This document shows, piece after piece, positions 9,147-18,929 of a DNA stretch of 64,000 nt. This DNA is from an uncultured Gammaproteobacteria bacterium (GTDB taxonomy: Bacteria; Patescibacteriota; Microgenomatia; Levybacterales; UBA12049). The translations under genes were made by a program, and so were the position numbers. The notes under the pieces are model-generated. The model saw only the letters and a program-made list of their open reading frames with translations, did not search any database and was not told the DNA's origin. The stretch covers positions 69,625 through 133,624 of the forward strand of contig CAZERI010000001.1 of assembly GCA_964515545.1 (NCBI GenBank), given 5' to 3'. Positions within the stretch are counted from its first letter, which is position 1; every line of letters begins with the position of its first letter.

Positions 9147-11807
9147 ATGTCTCAATCCTCTCTCAAACCAATCCTTGTTGTTGATAAAAAAGGAACACTA
9201 GGAAGCGCATTAGTTACTAAACTGTCTTCTCTATCTCTTACTGTTTTTGTCAGTAGTCAAGACCACCCAGGTAAGAATGTCATCGCTATCCCTTTCTATA
9301 AAAAGATTCCGCGTATTCCAAATAATTCTTTTTCGACAATAATTATTTTCTATACAGGTGAGTTAGAGCTAGAGCAGGCTATCCCCTCTTTTATTAAGAA
9401 GGCTCAAGAGACTCAGGCAAAACTTATCCTAATAACTTCGATCTTTTACTACAAAGAGAAAATGGCAGAAGTACTTTTTGCGCACTATGAACATTCGGAG
9501 GTTGTGGTCATCGGAGATGTTTTTGATGAAGGAGAGTCACATAAGACTCCAGTCAACCATCTTTTATGGAGTACAAAGACTCAGGGACGTGTTGAGCTCT
9601 TGCATGATGGCCTGAACTTATTATATCCAGTCTCTCTCGCCGATACGGTAAAAGGTATTGAAGCAGCTCTTTTCACTCTTGCCGAGGACAGGCAGATATT
9701 TGCCGTTATGCCTGTACATCCGATGACTGAGTTGTCATTTGTGAGGATCCTTCAAAAAAAATATCCTCTGCTTCAGATAGATTTTCTTAAAGGCAGTTCC
9801 CATCCTAACTACCTCCTGCCTCATTCAGCAGTACCGACCTTGGATGAATATAATCTAGAAAAAGACTTAGCTAAGCTGGATCTTAATCCACCAGTGAAAA
9901 AGCCAAGTATTGCTCTTAAAAAGGATAAAAGGAACCAAGGAGGAAGGAAGACAAGGACATCTTATCGCTCTGTCTTTTTTATTTTTTCTCTCGTTTTTTT
10001 CTTGCTGGCTCTCCCTTTTATAATTACTATTACAACCGCAATCGGAGGAGGCATTCTCCTTAAGCAAGCGAAGGGACATGCGGAGAAAGGAAAACTTACC
10101 GAGGCACTTCATTCGTCTCAATCAGCCGTAACGTTCTTAACACTGTCTGACGAGACTGTTACTACAGTAAACGCAGTTGTGAGTGTGATGGGGTTATCAA
10201 AGGAGGTATCTCCTCTTCAGCGTCTTGTTCATTCAGGAAAAGAAATTGCTGAAGCTTCGACAGAATTTCTTCAGGCAGGTGTACAGCTTCAGAGGATCCT
10301 GACGTCTTCACAAGCTGCAAGCAGAGACGATTTTATGCTGGCGATAGGAACTCTTAAAGAAGCTGCCTTGAGTCTTCAGGCTATTGAGGCAGAGGGGGAG
10401 TTACCAGACACTTATAAGAAATCCTTAGCCTCTTTTGATAAACCGCTTGGATTACTAGTAAACCTGGTAGATGCTTCCCCTAAGCTCTTGGGATTTGAAG
10501 GCAAACAGCAATACCTTCTCCTTTTTCAAAATAATTTTGAACTTAGACCTGGCGGAGGGTTTATTGGGTCATATGGACTTTTACAGGTTGACCACGGCAA
10601 AATTATTGATCTAAAGATTAATGATGTCTATGATGCTGATGGAAGATTAAAGGCAAACATCGAGCCTCCATTCGGATTAAGAAGGTATATGGGTGCTCCT
10701 CATTGGTTTTTGCGGGATAGTAACTTCGATCCGGATTTTGTCAAAAGTGCCTCAAGTGCTGCCTCTTTTCTTAAGCTTGAGACAGGGGAGAATGTGAATG
10801 GTGTTATAGGTCTTGATGTTAGTTTTTTAAGTTCTCTTTTGGAGGCGACAGGCCCGCTTACCTTACCTGATTACAAGAAAACGTTAACAAAAGATAATTT
10901 TTATCTTCTCACGCAGTCTCAGGTAGAAGATAATTTCTTCCCGGGCTCAACACAGAAAAAGGATTTTCTCCGTGCAGCAGAGGCTGAGCTGATGAAGAGA
11001 ATTGAAAAGAGGAATTTTTCCTATCAAAAAATGGTTAGCCTTCTCACTACTGCAATAGGAGAAAAACACCTCCTTTTCGCCTTTTCAGATCCTGCGATCC
11101 AAAAGCTCTTTGCTGTTAATAATCTTTCCGGTACTCTCCAAGAAAAAAGGCTAGTGACCCCTACAGTATTCTTAGACAGTGTGGGAATTAACGAGGCCAA
11201 TATTGGACAAAATAAAAGTAATTACTATCTCAAGCGGAATATTGATCAGGATATAACAATTGATGGGGAGGGAGTGGTGCGTGGTGTAACTACAGTGACT
11301 TACGCGAACCAAAGTTCAGAGAAGACTCCATTTGGGGGAGATTATAAAGCGTACCTACGTCTTATCGTACCGCAGGGAACAACGTTAACGGATATTTCCC
11401 TTGATCACAAGAAAGTGCCGATAGAAGAGGCAGTGACAGATCCGAATCGTTATCTATCTTCCTCATTCCGTCCTCCTGGAGGGGTTGAAGTCGATACCTT
11501 AGAATCAGAAGATAATACACAGTATGGATTATTCATCAATGTTCCTGCTGGAAAGACGAAAACAGTTAGTCTCTCTTATACTCTTTTACATAAAATAAAT
11601 GTAGATCTCCCTAAATGGACATACGCTCTGCACACGATAAAACAACAGGGAACTCTTAATGATCCCTATAAATTGACTATTCATTACCCTCTGGCTGTAC
11701 GTCTTTTCACTACAACAAAAGGAGTTAATGATTTGGGAGGAAAGGCTACTTTGGAGACAACCCTTAATGAAGATAAGGATAGTAATTTTACCTTCATAAG
11801 TAAGTAG
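9147..11807 (+). CDS. large membrane protein: cytoplasmic Rossmann-like N-domain, one TM helix, extracellular DUF4012-like domain
   Basis: 886 aa. TM at about residues 270-300. Segment FQNNFELRPGGGFIGSYGLLQVDHGKIIDLKINDVYDADG recalled as typical of DUF4012 proteins. Confidence 0.55.
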   Translation: MSQSSLKPILVVDKKGTLGSALVTKLSSLSLTVFVSSQDHPGKNVIAIPFYKKIPRIPNNSFSTIIIFYTGELELEQAIPSFIKKAQETQAKLILITSIFYYKEKMAEVLFAHYEHSEVVVIGDVFDEGESHKTPVNHLLWSTKTQGRVELLHDGLNLLYPVSLADTVKGIEAALFTLAEDRQIFAVMPVHPMTELSFVRILQKKYPLLQIDFLKGSSHPNYLLPHSAVPTLDEYNLEKDLAKLDLNPPVKKPSIALKKDKRNQGGRKTRTSYRSVFFIFSLVFFLLALPFIITITTAIGGGILLKQAKGHAEKGKLTEALHSSQSAVTFLTLSDETVTTVNAVVSVMGLSKEVSPLQRLVHSGKEIAEASTEFLQAGVQLQRILTSSQAASRDDFMLAIGTLKEAALSLQAIEAEGELPDTYKKSLASFDKPLGLLVNLVDASPKLLGFEGKQQYLLLFQNNFELRPGGGFIGSYGLLQVDHGKIIDLKINDVYDADGRLKANIEPPFGLRRYMGAPHWFLRDSNFDPDFVKSASSAASFLKLETGENVNGVIGLDVSFLSSLLEATGPLTLPDYKKTLTKDNFYLLTQSQVEDNFFPGSTQKKDFLRAAEAELMKRIEKRNFSYQKMVSLLTTAIGEKHLLFAFSDPAIQKLFAVNNLSGTLQEKRLVTPTVFLDSVGINEANIGQNKSNYYLKRNIDQDITIDGEGVVRGVTTVTYANQSSEKTPFGGDYKAYLRLIVPQGTTLTDISLDHKKVPIEEAVTDPNRYLSSSFRPPGGVEVDTLESEDNTQYGLFINVPAGKTKTVSLSYTLLHKINVDLPKWTYALHTIKQQGTLNDPYKLTIHYPLAVRLFTTTKGVNDLGGKATLETTLNEDKDSNFTFISK

Positions 11808-11834
11808 CAGTTCTTTGCTATAATAAAGAGTCTA

Positions 11835-12749
11835 ATGCCAATTTTTTCTATTATTCTTACCGTTGTAGGTCTGTGCCTATTTGAAATCATTAGCAGTATT
11901 GATAACGCTATCATTAATGCTGAAGTTCTCGGGACTATGGGTGCAAAGGCACGAAAGTGGTTCCTTGTATGGGGGCTTTTGTTTGCAGTCTTTGTAATGA
12001 GAGGATTACTCCCATGGGCCATTATCTGGGCTACCACTCCTACACTCGGGCCGATTGGTGCACTTACCGCAACATTTAGTAATGATCCTCGAGTACATCA
12101 GGCAATTAGCAACTCATCGCCTATTCTTCTCACAGGAGGAGGAGTCTTTTTGGTTTTCCTTTTCTTCCATTGGTTATTTATGGAGCCTAAAAATTATGGT
12201 TTAAAAGGTGAGCGGTTTTTTAGATCTCAATCAGTATGGTTCTATGCTATTGTATCGACGCTGCTTGCAGGAATTGTCTATGCAGGGCTTAAGATCCATC
12301 CTTTGATGGCGTTTAGTGCATGTCTTGGCTCGACTGCATTTTTTATTACTCACGGTTTTAGTCAGCAGGCTGAGCAGGCTGAGAGGAATCTTACGAAAAG
12401 TAATATGTCTGATCTGAGTAAGATTCTCTATCTTGAGGTTATTGATGCTACGTTTTCCATTGATGGAGTCTTAGGAGCCTTTGCCTTTACTTTATCTGTG
12501 CCGTTAATTCTTTTAGGAAATGGGATTGGTGCCATTGTACTTCGTCAGCTCACAGTAGGGAATATTGAGAGAATTAAGCAATATAAGTATCTAAAAAATG
12601 GGGCAATGTATTCGATTTTGTGTCTAGGCATAATTATGTTACTTGATGCTTTCGATTTTCATATTCCAGAATGGATCTCCCCAAGTATTACCTGTGTAGT
12701 AGTAGGATTCTTTTTCATTAAATCCAGAAGAGAGCTGACGAGTAAGTAA
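11835..12749 (+). CDS. TerC/DUF475 family integral membrane protein
   Basis: N-terminal EIISSIDNAIINAEVL motif. Multi-TM. Confidence 0.5.
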   Translation: MPIFSIILTVVGLCLFEIISSIDNAIINAEVLGTMGAKARKWFLVWGLLFAVFVMRGLLPWAIIWATTPTLGPIGALTATFSNDPRVHQAISNSSPILLTGGGVFLVFLFFHWLFMEPKNYGLKGERFFRSQSVWFYAIVSTLLAGIVYAGLKIHPLMAFSACLGSTAFFITHGFSQQAEQAERNLTKSNMSDLSKILYLEVIDATFSIDGVLGAFAFTLSVPLILLGNGIGAIVLRQLTVGNIERIKQYKYLKNGAMYSILCLGIIMLLDAFDFHIPEWISPSITCVVVGFFFIKSRRELTSK

Positions 12750-12751
12750 TA

Positions 12752-13390
12752 TTACTTTGACCGTTTGAGAAGGCTCTTAAGAGTCTTTCTTGTATCTTCC
12801 GACTTGAGTGCATGATAAATAGCAGGAAGTAGAGAAATAAGAATAACCAAAAATATAACCGGCTCGAAATATTTGTCAGGAATATACCTTCCTAAATAAA
12901 ACCCTGCTAAACATAATCCAACTGCCCACAATAGACTCCCGATGATATTAAAGAGAAGGAAGGTACGAAATTCCATATCTGCAATTCCTGCGACAATTGG
13001 TGCAAATGTTCTAATAATTGGCATGAAGCGTGCAATAATGATTGCCTTACCGCCATATCTCTTATAAAAAGCTTGTGCGCTTTCAACGTATTTCTTTTTA
13101 AAGAGGACAGAGTCTTCCTTGTGAAAGAGTCTCTTTCCAACTTTATGGCCAAAGAAATAACCAACAATATTACCGATAGTAGCTGCCAAAAAGAGGAGTA
13201 TGCAAAGTGTGACGATATTAAGATCTCCTTTAGCAGCAAAGATTCCAGCAGTAATAAGTAGGCTATCTCCAGGCAGGAAAAATCCTAGCATTAGGCCTGT
13301 TTCAGCAAAAATAACAGCCGTAATACCAGGATAGCCAAATGCCTGAACAAGGACATGAACATCAAGAAGATCTTTAATAAAACTAACCAT
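12752..13390 (-). CDS. DedA/SNARE-associated family membrane protein
   Basis: GYPGITAVIFAETGLMLGFFLPGDSLLITAG motif. Four TM helices. Confidence 0.75.
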   Translation of the reverse strand: MVSFIKDLLDVHVLVQAFGYPGITAVIFAETGLMLGFFLPGDSLLITAGIFAAKGDLNIVTLCILLFLAATIGNIVGYFFGHKVGKRLFHKEDSVLFKKKYVESAQAFYKRYGGKAIIIARFMPIIRTFAPIVAGIADMEFRTFLLFNIIGSLLWAVGLCLAGFYLGRYIPDKYFEPVIFLVILISLLPAIYHALKSEDTRKTLKSLLKRSK

Positions 13391-13434
13391 AAAACAATTA
13401 TAAAGTTTTTTTTAGAGTAAAGCTAGCCATCTAG

Positions 13435-13746
13435 CTAGAGGTCCTCTTGGGTAAAGAGAGTAGTAGGGGGGAATTCCCCTTCATCCGAAGTATCTGAATA
13501 AATATCTTCTGCTGATTTTTTTCCTCTCCTTGCTTGATCGATATGTTCTACAGGATACATGGCTGTAGTGATAGGTGAATTCAGAGATAGTGGCCTTTGA
13601 GGAAGGGACTGATCCTCAGGGGGTTGGTCAGGAGAAAGAGAACGATAGAATTCGGCTAGATCAGGAGCGTAGATTTCCTCCTGAGTAGGAATAGTGATTT
13701 TTCTAGCAGGCGGATTTTCAGTCGATGGTATGCGAGTCTCAATCAT
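13435..13746 (-). CDS. acidic Pro-rich hypothetical protein (likely disordered)
   Basis: ORF only. Compositionally biased (P/E/D/S/T). Confidence 0.3.
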   Translation of the reverse strand: MIETRIPSTENPPARKITIPTQEEIYAPDLAEFYRSLSPDQPPEDQSLPQRPLSLNSPITTAMYPVEHIDQARRGKKSAEDIYSDTSDEGEFPPTTLFTQEDL

Positions 13747-13771
13747 TTTTTATCAAAAAAACAATTAGTAG

Positions 13772-13963
13772 TTAAGCATCAGGACATGTCTCATCAGGAG
13801 TATTTACTTGACTATCATAATAGTCCTCAGTTTGAATGAAATTAATATCTACTGGTACTCCTTCAACAAGCTCACCAAAAAGAGGTAGGCGGAGAGAAGG
13901 AGGACTACTTATCTCTTTGAGATCCTCGATGGGAGTGAATTCGGTTTCCGGTGAAATTGGCAT
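13772..13963 (-). CDS. acidic Pro-rich hypothetical protein
   Basis: ORF only. Shares an LRLxxFxxxVEGxP-like motif with ORF 49759..50298. Confidence 0.25.
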   Translation of the reverse strand: MPISPETEFTPIEDLKEISSPPSLRLPLFGELVEGVPVDINFIQTEDYYDSQVNTPDETCPDA

Positions 13964-14027
13964 ACTGTATTTATAGATGAGAAGAGAAACCTCAGCATGA
14001 CGGGGGAGCTACCAAAAGCCTGACAGA

Positions 14028-15209
14028 TTAAAGACTTTCTGAATGATTGAGCGCATCAATTCCTGGAAGTGAGTCTTTCTCAATATAAGAAAGCATTGCG
14101 CCTCCACCAGTAGAGATGTGAGTAATCTTAGCAAGATTTTCTTTATGCGTTAGGGCTGCCAAGGTTTCACCACCTCCCACGAGCGATACAGCGTCCTTGT
14201 TAGCAATGATCGCATAGTAAATGAAATCAGTTCCTCTCTGATAGATAGGTTCTTCGAAAAGCCCCACAGGGCCATTCCAGATAATAGTTTTGGCCTGTAA
14301 AATAGCTTGAGCAAAGATAGCCTGTGTTTCAGGCCCAATATCATAGATGGTGTCATGCTGAGAAAGCATATGAACTGGCTTGATTACTGCATGACGGCCA
14401 TCTTTATCTCCCACAACAACATCGCTAGGTAATAGCAGTCGGCAGTGTTTTTTACTTGCATGGGTAATGATCTGGAGAGCCTGATGCAGCTCATTTTTCT
14501 CAACCAGACTTCTCCCGATCTCATTTTTTAAAGCTAGAAGTAATGTATTAGCCAAGCCACCACCAAGTAAAATGAAGTCAGATACCTCTATGAGACGTTC
14601 TATAAGATGAAGCTTGGTCGAGATTTTTGCTCCTCCTAAAATAGCAACTACTGGATGCTTAGGATCTTTAATTATTTTATTAATTGCTTCAACCTCTTTC
14701 TTCATAAGAAGACCTCCATATGAGGGGAGAAGAGAGGGGAGGCCTACCACAGAGGCGCTTGACCTGTGGGATACACTAAAGGCGTCGTTCACATAGACAT
14801 CTCCATAAGTGGCCAATTCCTTGGCAAAGCTCAGTTGATTCTTTTCTTCGCCTTTATAGTAGCGGATATTTTCTAGAAGGAATATCTTATTTAGGTTGCC
14901 CGTTCGGGTAATTTCTATTGGTAGATGTTCTAAATCGGACACAAAGACGACCTCATAATCTGGCAAAAGATCTTGAAGATCTTTTGCGACAGGTTTAAGG
15001 GAAAGTGATGCCTCATGAGAGTGAGGCCTGCCGAGATGAGAAAGAAGAATAACAGTATTGTTATTTTTAAGAAGATGGAGAATGGTGGGAAGAGACTGCT
15101 GTATTCTTTCATCGTTTACAATATGGTGTCTCTTATCGAGGGAGATGTTGTAATCAACCCGCAGGAGGACACGTTTGTTTTTGATGGTAACCTCATCAAT
15201 ATATTTCAT
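14028..15209 (-). CDS. pgk: phosphoglycerate kinase
   Basis: VLLRVDYN...LLSHLGRP N-domain and a GGGA-containing C-domain. Confidence 0.9.
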   Translation of the reverse strand: MKYIDEVTIKNKRVLLRVDYNISLDKRHHIVNDERIQQSLPTILHLLKNNNTVILLSHLGRPHSHEASLSLKPVAKDLQDLLPDYEVVFVSDLEHLPIEITRTGNLNKIFLLENIRYYKGEEKNQLSFAKELATYGDVYVNDAFSVSHRSSASVVGLPSLLPSYGGLLMKKEVEAINKIIKDPKHPVVAILGGAKISTKLHLIERLIEVSDFILLGGGLANTLLLALKNEIGRSLVEKNELHQALQIITHASKKHCRLLLPSDVVVGDKDGRHAVIKPVHMLSQHDTIYDIGPETQAIFAQAILQAKTIIWNGPVGLFEEPIYQRGTDFIYYAIIANKDAVSLVGGGETLAALTHKENLAKITHISTGGGAMLSYIEKDSLPGIDALNHSESL

Positions 15210-16168
15210 GACAGGAAGCTTTTGAATAATTGTATATTCTCAGGACTCCCCATAGCCACAGGGAGTTGTTGGTGAACATGTTCGGGGAGTATCTCAAGGG
15301 CAGGAAGGTTATTGGCAAGTGCAATACCTCCTGCTTGCTCTAGGACAAAGGAAAGAGGATTAATCTCATACATGAGACGGAGTTTACCTTGGGGATTTCT
15401 TTTACTTTGGGGGTGGAGAAAGATGCCTCCCTGCAGGAGAATGCGATGGATTTCCGCTATCATAGCTCCATAATACCTAAGTTTATAAGGTCTTTTAGAG
15501 TCGGGATCTTCTTCTTTAATGTAGGTAAGGAATTTTCTCGTCTGTTCATTATAGGAATTATACTCACCTTCATTGATACTATAAGAAGCCTTAAAGGATG
15601 GAATTCTGATATCTGGATGAGAGAGGAGAAATGCACCGATTTGAGGATCTAGTGTGAAGCCATTTACTCCATTTCCCGAGGTATAGACAAACATAACGCT
15701 TGCCCCATAAAAAATGTATCCACTGGCAACTTGATCGGAACCTTTCTGGAGGAGTGATCCCTTATTGTGATAAATAGAGAAAATAGTACCAATAGGAGCG
15801 TTAATATCTATATTGGAGGATCCATCTAGAGGGTCAAAAAAAACAGCATATGGAGCCTCTTTATCCAAGACAAGGGGTTCACTGAGCTCTTCAGAGCCAA
15901 TTGTGGACACAACATGAGATTCTTTGAGGACTTGGATAAGCAGGTTATTGCTAAATACATCAATTTTTTTAACTTCGTCTTGGAATGTGTTACGTTCTCC
16001 CGTAACTCCTAAAATATCAATAAGCCCTGCTTGCCGGACATGACTGGCTATAATCTTCCCTGCATATTCAAGAGATGCCATAAGAAGAGAGAAATCCCCA
16101 TGAGCACGGGGGTGATTCTTTTCCTGTCTTAAGATAAACTCTGTAAGATTAAGCGGTCTGGTTGACAT
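15206..16168 (-). CDS. fbp: fructose-1,6-bisphosphatase class 1
   Basis: FDPLDGSSNIDINAPIGTIFSIY metal-binding motif. ATGA overlap with pgk. Confidence 0.85.
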   Translation of the reverse strand: MSTRPLNLTEFILRQEKNHPRAHGDFSLLMASLEYAGKIIASHVRQAGLIDILGVTGERNTFQDEVKKIDVFSNNLLIQVLKESHVVSTIGSEELSEPLVLDKEAPYAVFFDPLDGSSNIDINAPIGTIFSIYHNKGSLLQKGSDQVASGYIFYGASVMFVYTSGNGVNGFTLDPQIGAFLLSHPDIRIPSFKASYSINEGEYNSYNEQTRKFLTYIKEEDPDSKRPYKLRYYGAMIAEIHRILLQGGIFLHPQSKRNPQGKLRLMYEINPLSFVLEQAGGIALANNLPALEILPEHVHQQLPVAMGSPENIQLFKSFLS

Positions 16169-17492
16169 AGGTGTCTATAGTCTTTACTGTTGAGAAAATC
16201 TGCAATTTTTGAAAAATAGTTGTAAGCTGATCTGAAAGCTTGGCAATTATTGGATCTTTCTCTTCTTGAGAGAGATTCCAAAGTTTTTGTTTAAAGGGTC
16301 CCAAAGCTTTTTTACGCGTCTTATACAAAAATTGTTCTTCCGTCCAATCGGGATCTCTCTCTTTCTGAAGGTTCTCTTGAATCCAATTATACATACTTTC
16401 TTTTAGTAATTGTGGCATAGTTTCATAGACGATATTTTGAAGGCCAGTTGCCAGATGAATTTCCAGGGTATCATTATCAACAAAATGATCAAAATCAGAG
16501 AGGGGAAGAGTAGATGCTCCATGCTGGACAGCTCCTCCTAATTGGTATTCTTTGCGTGCATGGGTACTAATCTCTTTCAGGACAGAGAAATCTAATTGGA
16601 CTTGCTGAATTGTCCCATTTGGTAGTGGTGTCCCCCCGTGAGTAGAGCCTGTTTGGACGCTAACTTTTGTAATTCCATTAGTAGAGATATGTGCTTGGTA
16701 GCCTTTCATAAATGCATCAAAGTCTGCTACTGTACTATTTTTTCCACCAATATGGCCGATTTCACCACCGATTGAGATGGTTACTCCTTCTGGTTCGTGC
16801 TCCCTGATATAGGTGGTTAAAAGAGCAGTCATTTCACTGTTAAGTTGCTGCTGAGAAGCGAGCGTATTTTGGCTAAGATCAACCAGTGTCGATGCATCAA
16901 TATCAATATTATAAAATTTCGCTTTAATAGACTCATCAATGAGTGACTTAATTCGTTGTATCTCTTGTTCTTTATCGATACTAAATTTGTTTTTACTGAA
17001 TTGATAGTGATCTCCTTGGAGAAATACTGGACCCTGATATCCTTCCTTGATGGCTGCAGCCAGAACTGCTACAGCAAACTGCTGTGGTCGTTGATTGGTA
17101 TATTCAATTTCTGAACGTGCGATTTCAAAAATAACACTTCCTATCTCGTATTTCTGCATAATCCGGAAAATAAGTCGTGCGGTGTCATAGGTTAAAGCTC
17201 GAATATTGACAGCAGGTACGGTAAAGCCCTTAATATCACCTTTACCAAATGCTTGATAGAGTGAGTAAATAGAAGTTGAAGCACAGTTGGTTAATTCAGA
17301 GAGGCTGTAAATCAATCCAGTACAAGCTGCTGTAAGAGTCGGATCGGTGGCAAATTCTGCAGTATAGATAAGATCATCGATAAGACTTTCCCTAAGTTTA
17401 TCCTGATTTAACAAAGTTGGAGCGGAGATATCACTGAGAATTCCTTCCGATGCTACTTCTAGGTCAGTGAATGAAGGTAAAACTCGTCCCAT
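16149..17492 (-). CDS. fba: class II fructose-bisphosphate aldolase, long form with N- and C-terminal extensions. The ORF runs to 17648; start 17492 is preferred because it removes an 80-nt divergent overlap
   Basis: Alignment by eye to E. coli FbaA: TVPAVN / VFLQGDHY / ISIGGEIGHIGG / TGSTHGG / AVQHGAST, matching the Zn-binding His motifs. Confidence 0.65.
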   Translation of the reverse strand: MGRVLPSFTDLEVASEGILSDISAPTLLNQDKLRESLIDDLIYTAEFATDPTLTAACTGLIYSLSELTNCASTSIYSLYQAFGKGDIKGFTVPAVNIRALTYDTARLIFRIMQKYEIGSVIFEIARSEIEYTNQRPQQFAVAVLAAAIKEGYQGPVFLQGDHYQFSKNKFSIDKEQEIQRIKSLIDESIKAKFYNIDIDASTLVDLSQNTLASQQQLNSEMTALLTTYIREHEPEGVTISIGGEIGHIGGKNSTVADFDAFMKGYQAHISTNGITKVSVQTGSTHGGTPLPNGTIQQVQLDFSVLKEISTHARKEYQLGGAVQHGASTLPLSDFDHFVDNDTLEIHLATGLQNIVYETMPQLLKESMYNWIQENLQKERDPDWTEEQFLYKTRKKALGPFKQKLWNLSQEEKDPIIAKLSDQLTTIFQKLQIFSTVKTIDTYVNQTA

Positions 17493-17538
17493 TGGAAAGA
17501 GTATAGCATAGCCTTTAAACTCATTTATGAAGTATTTC

Positions 17539-17567
17539 TTGCCAACGGGAGTAAAAATCTTTAGAAT
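17539..17567 (+). promoter_or_regulatory. sigma70-like promoter (TTGCCA-17-TAGAAT) with -10 ending 6 nt before ATG 17574; predicted leaderless transcript
   Basis: Hexamers and spacer counted from the sequence. Confidence 0.4.
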
Positions 17568-17573
17568 GTGGCC

Positions 17574-18878
17574 ATGGTGTATCAAGCAACTGAGAGTGCA
17601 TATCAGCTTACCTTCCGTGAGGATGATGCGAAGGCTCTTGGTGAACATTTACATAGACGCCACTCAGTGGATCTTATTGGTATGAAGAGAGTAGGAATTA
17701 GTAACTTCTTACGTTATTTTCTCTATCATAAAGATCTCAAAGAAACCTTTATTAGTCCTTCAGAAAATCACCTTCTTATCTCAGTTGATCTTAATGATCT
17801 TGTTGAGCGGGAGCTCTATGCTTTTTGGACGCTTACCTTCAAGCGTGTTATCGACAGCGTGGAAGAAGCGGACGTATCACCTGAGCTTAAGCAAAAAATC
17901 TCAACGGCTTTCCTTTCATCAATCCAGACGCAAGATTTGTTTCTGCTTCTTGATGCATTACGGAAAAGCATGGGACTTCTCGTCCAATCAGGTGTCTTAC
18001 CAACCGTGTTTTTCCTCCGTTTTGATCGCATTAAAGATGCGGTTACCCCCGAATTTGTTGATAATCTGCAGGGATTACGCGATGCGACTCATGAGAAGCT
18101 TTGTTATGTCTTTACGAGTTATAGAAGTCTCGATGTTTTGTGTCCCCAAGCATTTACAAAGGCAAGCCTTAATGCTTTCTGCCAGCTGATGTATATCCGT
18201 CCTCTCAGAGATGCAGATATGCGAATTATTATCCAAGAGTATAAAAAACGTTATGCTTTGGATATTAATGAAGACCTAGAGAGTCACCTCATAAAATTAG
18301 TAGGTGGGAATGTCCAGTATATGCAGGTAGTCCTAGTTATCCTTAGTGAACAAAAAGAAATGACACCTCTTACTAAAGAAAATCTTGAAGATATCATTAG
18401 GCAAGATGAGCGTATCTCCCTTCTAGGAGAAGAGTTATGGGAGAGTCTGAGTAGTTCAGAAAAAGAAGCCCTTGCCAAAATTGAGACCCAAGAAATCCTT
18501 ACTGACGATGAAAAAAAAGTAGCTAGTTATATCTTCGAGACTGGGATAGTAAGGGAGGGGAAGCCATTACAGGTATTCAATCCCTTATTTGCTGAATATG
18601 TGCAGGGGGTTCTTCAGCATGTCTCCCGAGAAAGGGAGCTTGTTTTTAGCAAGAAAGAGCATCTTCTTTTTACCCTTTTACAAAATCATGTGGGAGAGAT
18701 TTGTGAACGGGATTTAATTATCGAGGCAGTATGGCCTGAGTATCGGGAATTTGGAGTATCTGATTGGTCAATTGATCGTTTAGTAGCAAGAGTTCGCAGT
18801 AAACTGAAAAAGCAAGCAAGCCCTTTTGAAATTCGAACGATCCGTACGCGCGGATATATGCTCACCGAGCGAAGTTAA
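17574..18878 (+). CDS. transcriptional regulator: N-terminal degenerate P-loop/AAA-like domain plus C-terminal OmpR/PhoB-type winged-helix DNA-binding domain
   Basis: C-terminal trans_reg_C signature ICERDLIIEAVWPE...SIDRLVARVRSKLKK...IRTIRTRGYML. N-terminal GMKRVGIS (Walker-A-like without Lys). No receiver domain. Confidence 0.6.
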   Translation: MVYQATESAYQLTFREDDAKALGEHLHRRHSVDLIGMKRVGISNFLRYFLYHKDLKETFISPSENHLLISVDLNDLVERELYAFWTLTFKRVIDSVEEADVSPELKQKISTAFLSSIQTQDLFLLLDALRKSMGLLVQSGVLPTVFFLRFDRIKDAVTPEFVDNLQGLRDATHEKLCYVFTSYRSLDVLCPQAFTKASLNAFCQLMYIRPLRDADMRIIIQEYKKRYALDINEDLESHLIKLVGGNVQYMQVVLVILSEQKEMTPLTKENLEDIIRQDERISLLGEELWESLSSSEKEALAKIETQEILTDDEKKVASYIFETGIVREGKPLQVFNPLFAEYVQGVLQHVSRERELVFSKKEHLLFTLLQNHVGEICERDLIIEAVWPEYREFGVSDWSIDRLVARVRSKLKKQASPFEIRTIRTRGYMLTERS

Positions 18879-18909
18879 TTCCCGACTATCTCCCGACCTA
18901 TTCCCGAAG
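18879..18909 (+). repeat. three direct repeats (T/C)TCCCGA(C/A) starting at 18879, 18890 and 18901 (exact 11-bp phasing), occupying the -35 region of the valS promoter
   Basis: TTCCCGAC, CTCCCGAC, TTCCCGAA read from the sequence. They begin at the first nt after the regulator stop codon. Confidence 0.5.
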
Positions 18910-18920
18910 AAAGTCTGATC

Positions 18921-18929
18921 TGCTACAAT
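18921..18929 (+). promoter_or_regulatory. extended -10 element TGCTACAAT, 17 nt upstream of the valS ATG
   Basis: TGn+TACAAT. No canonical -35 (replaced by the direct repeats). Confidence 0.4.
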
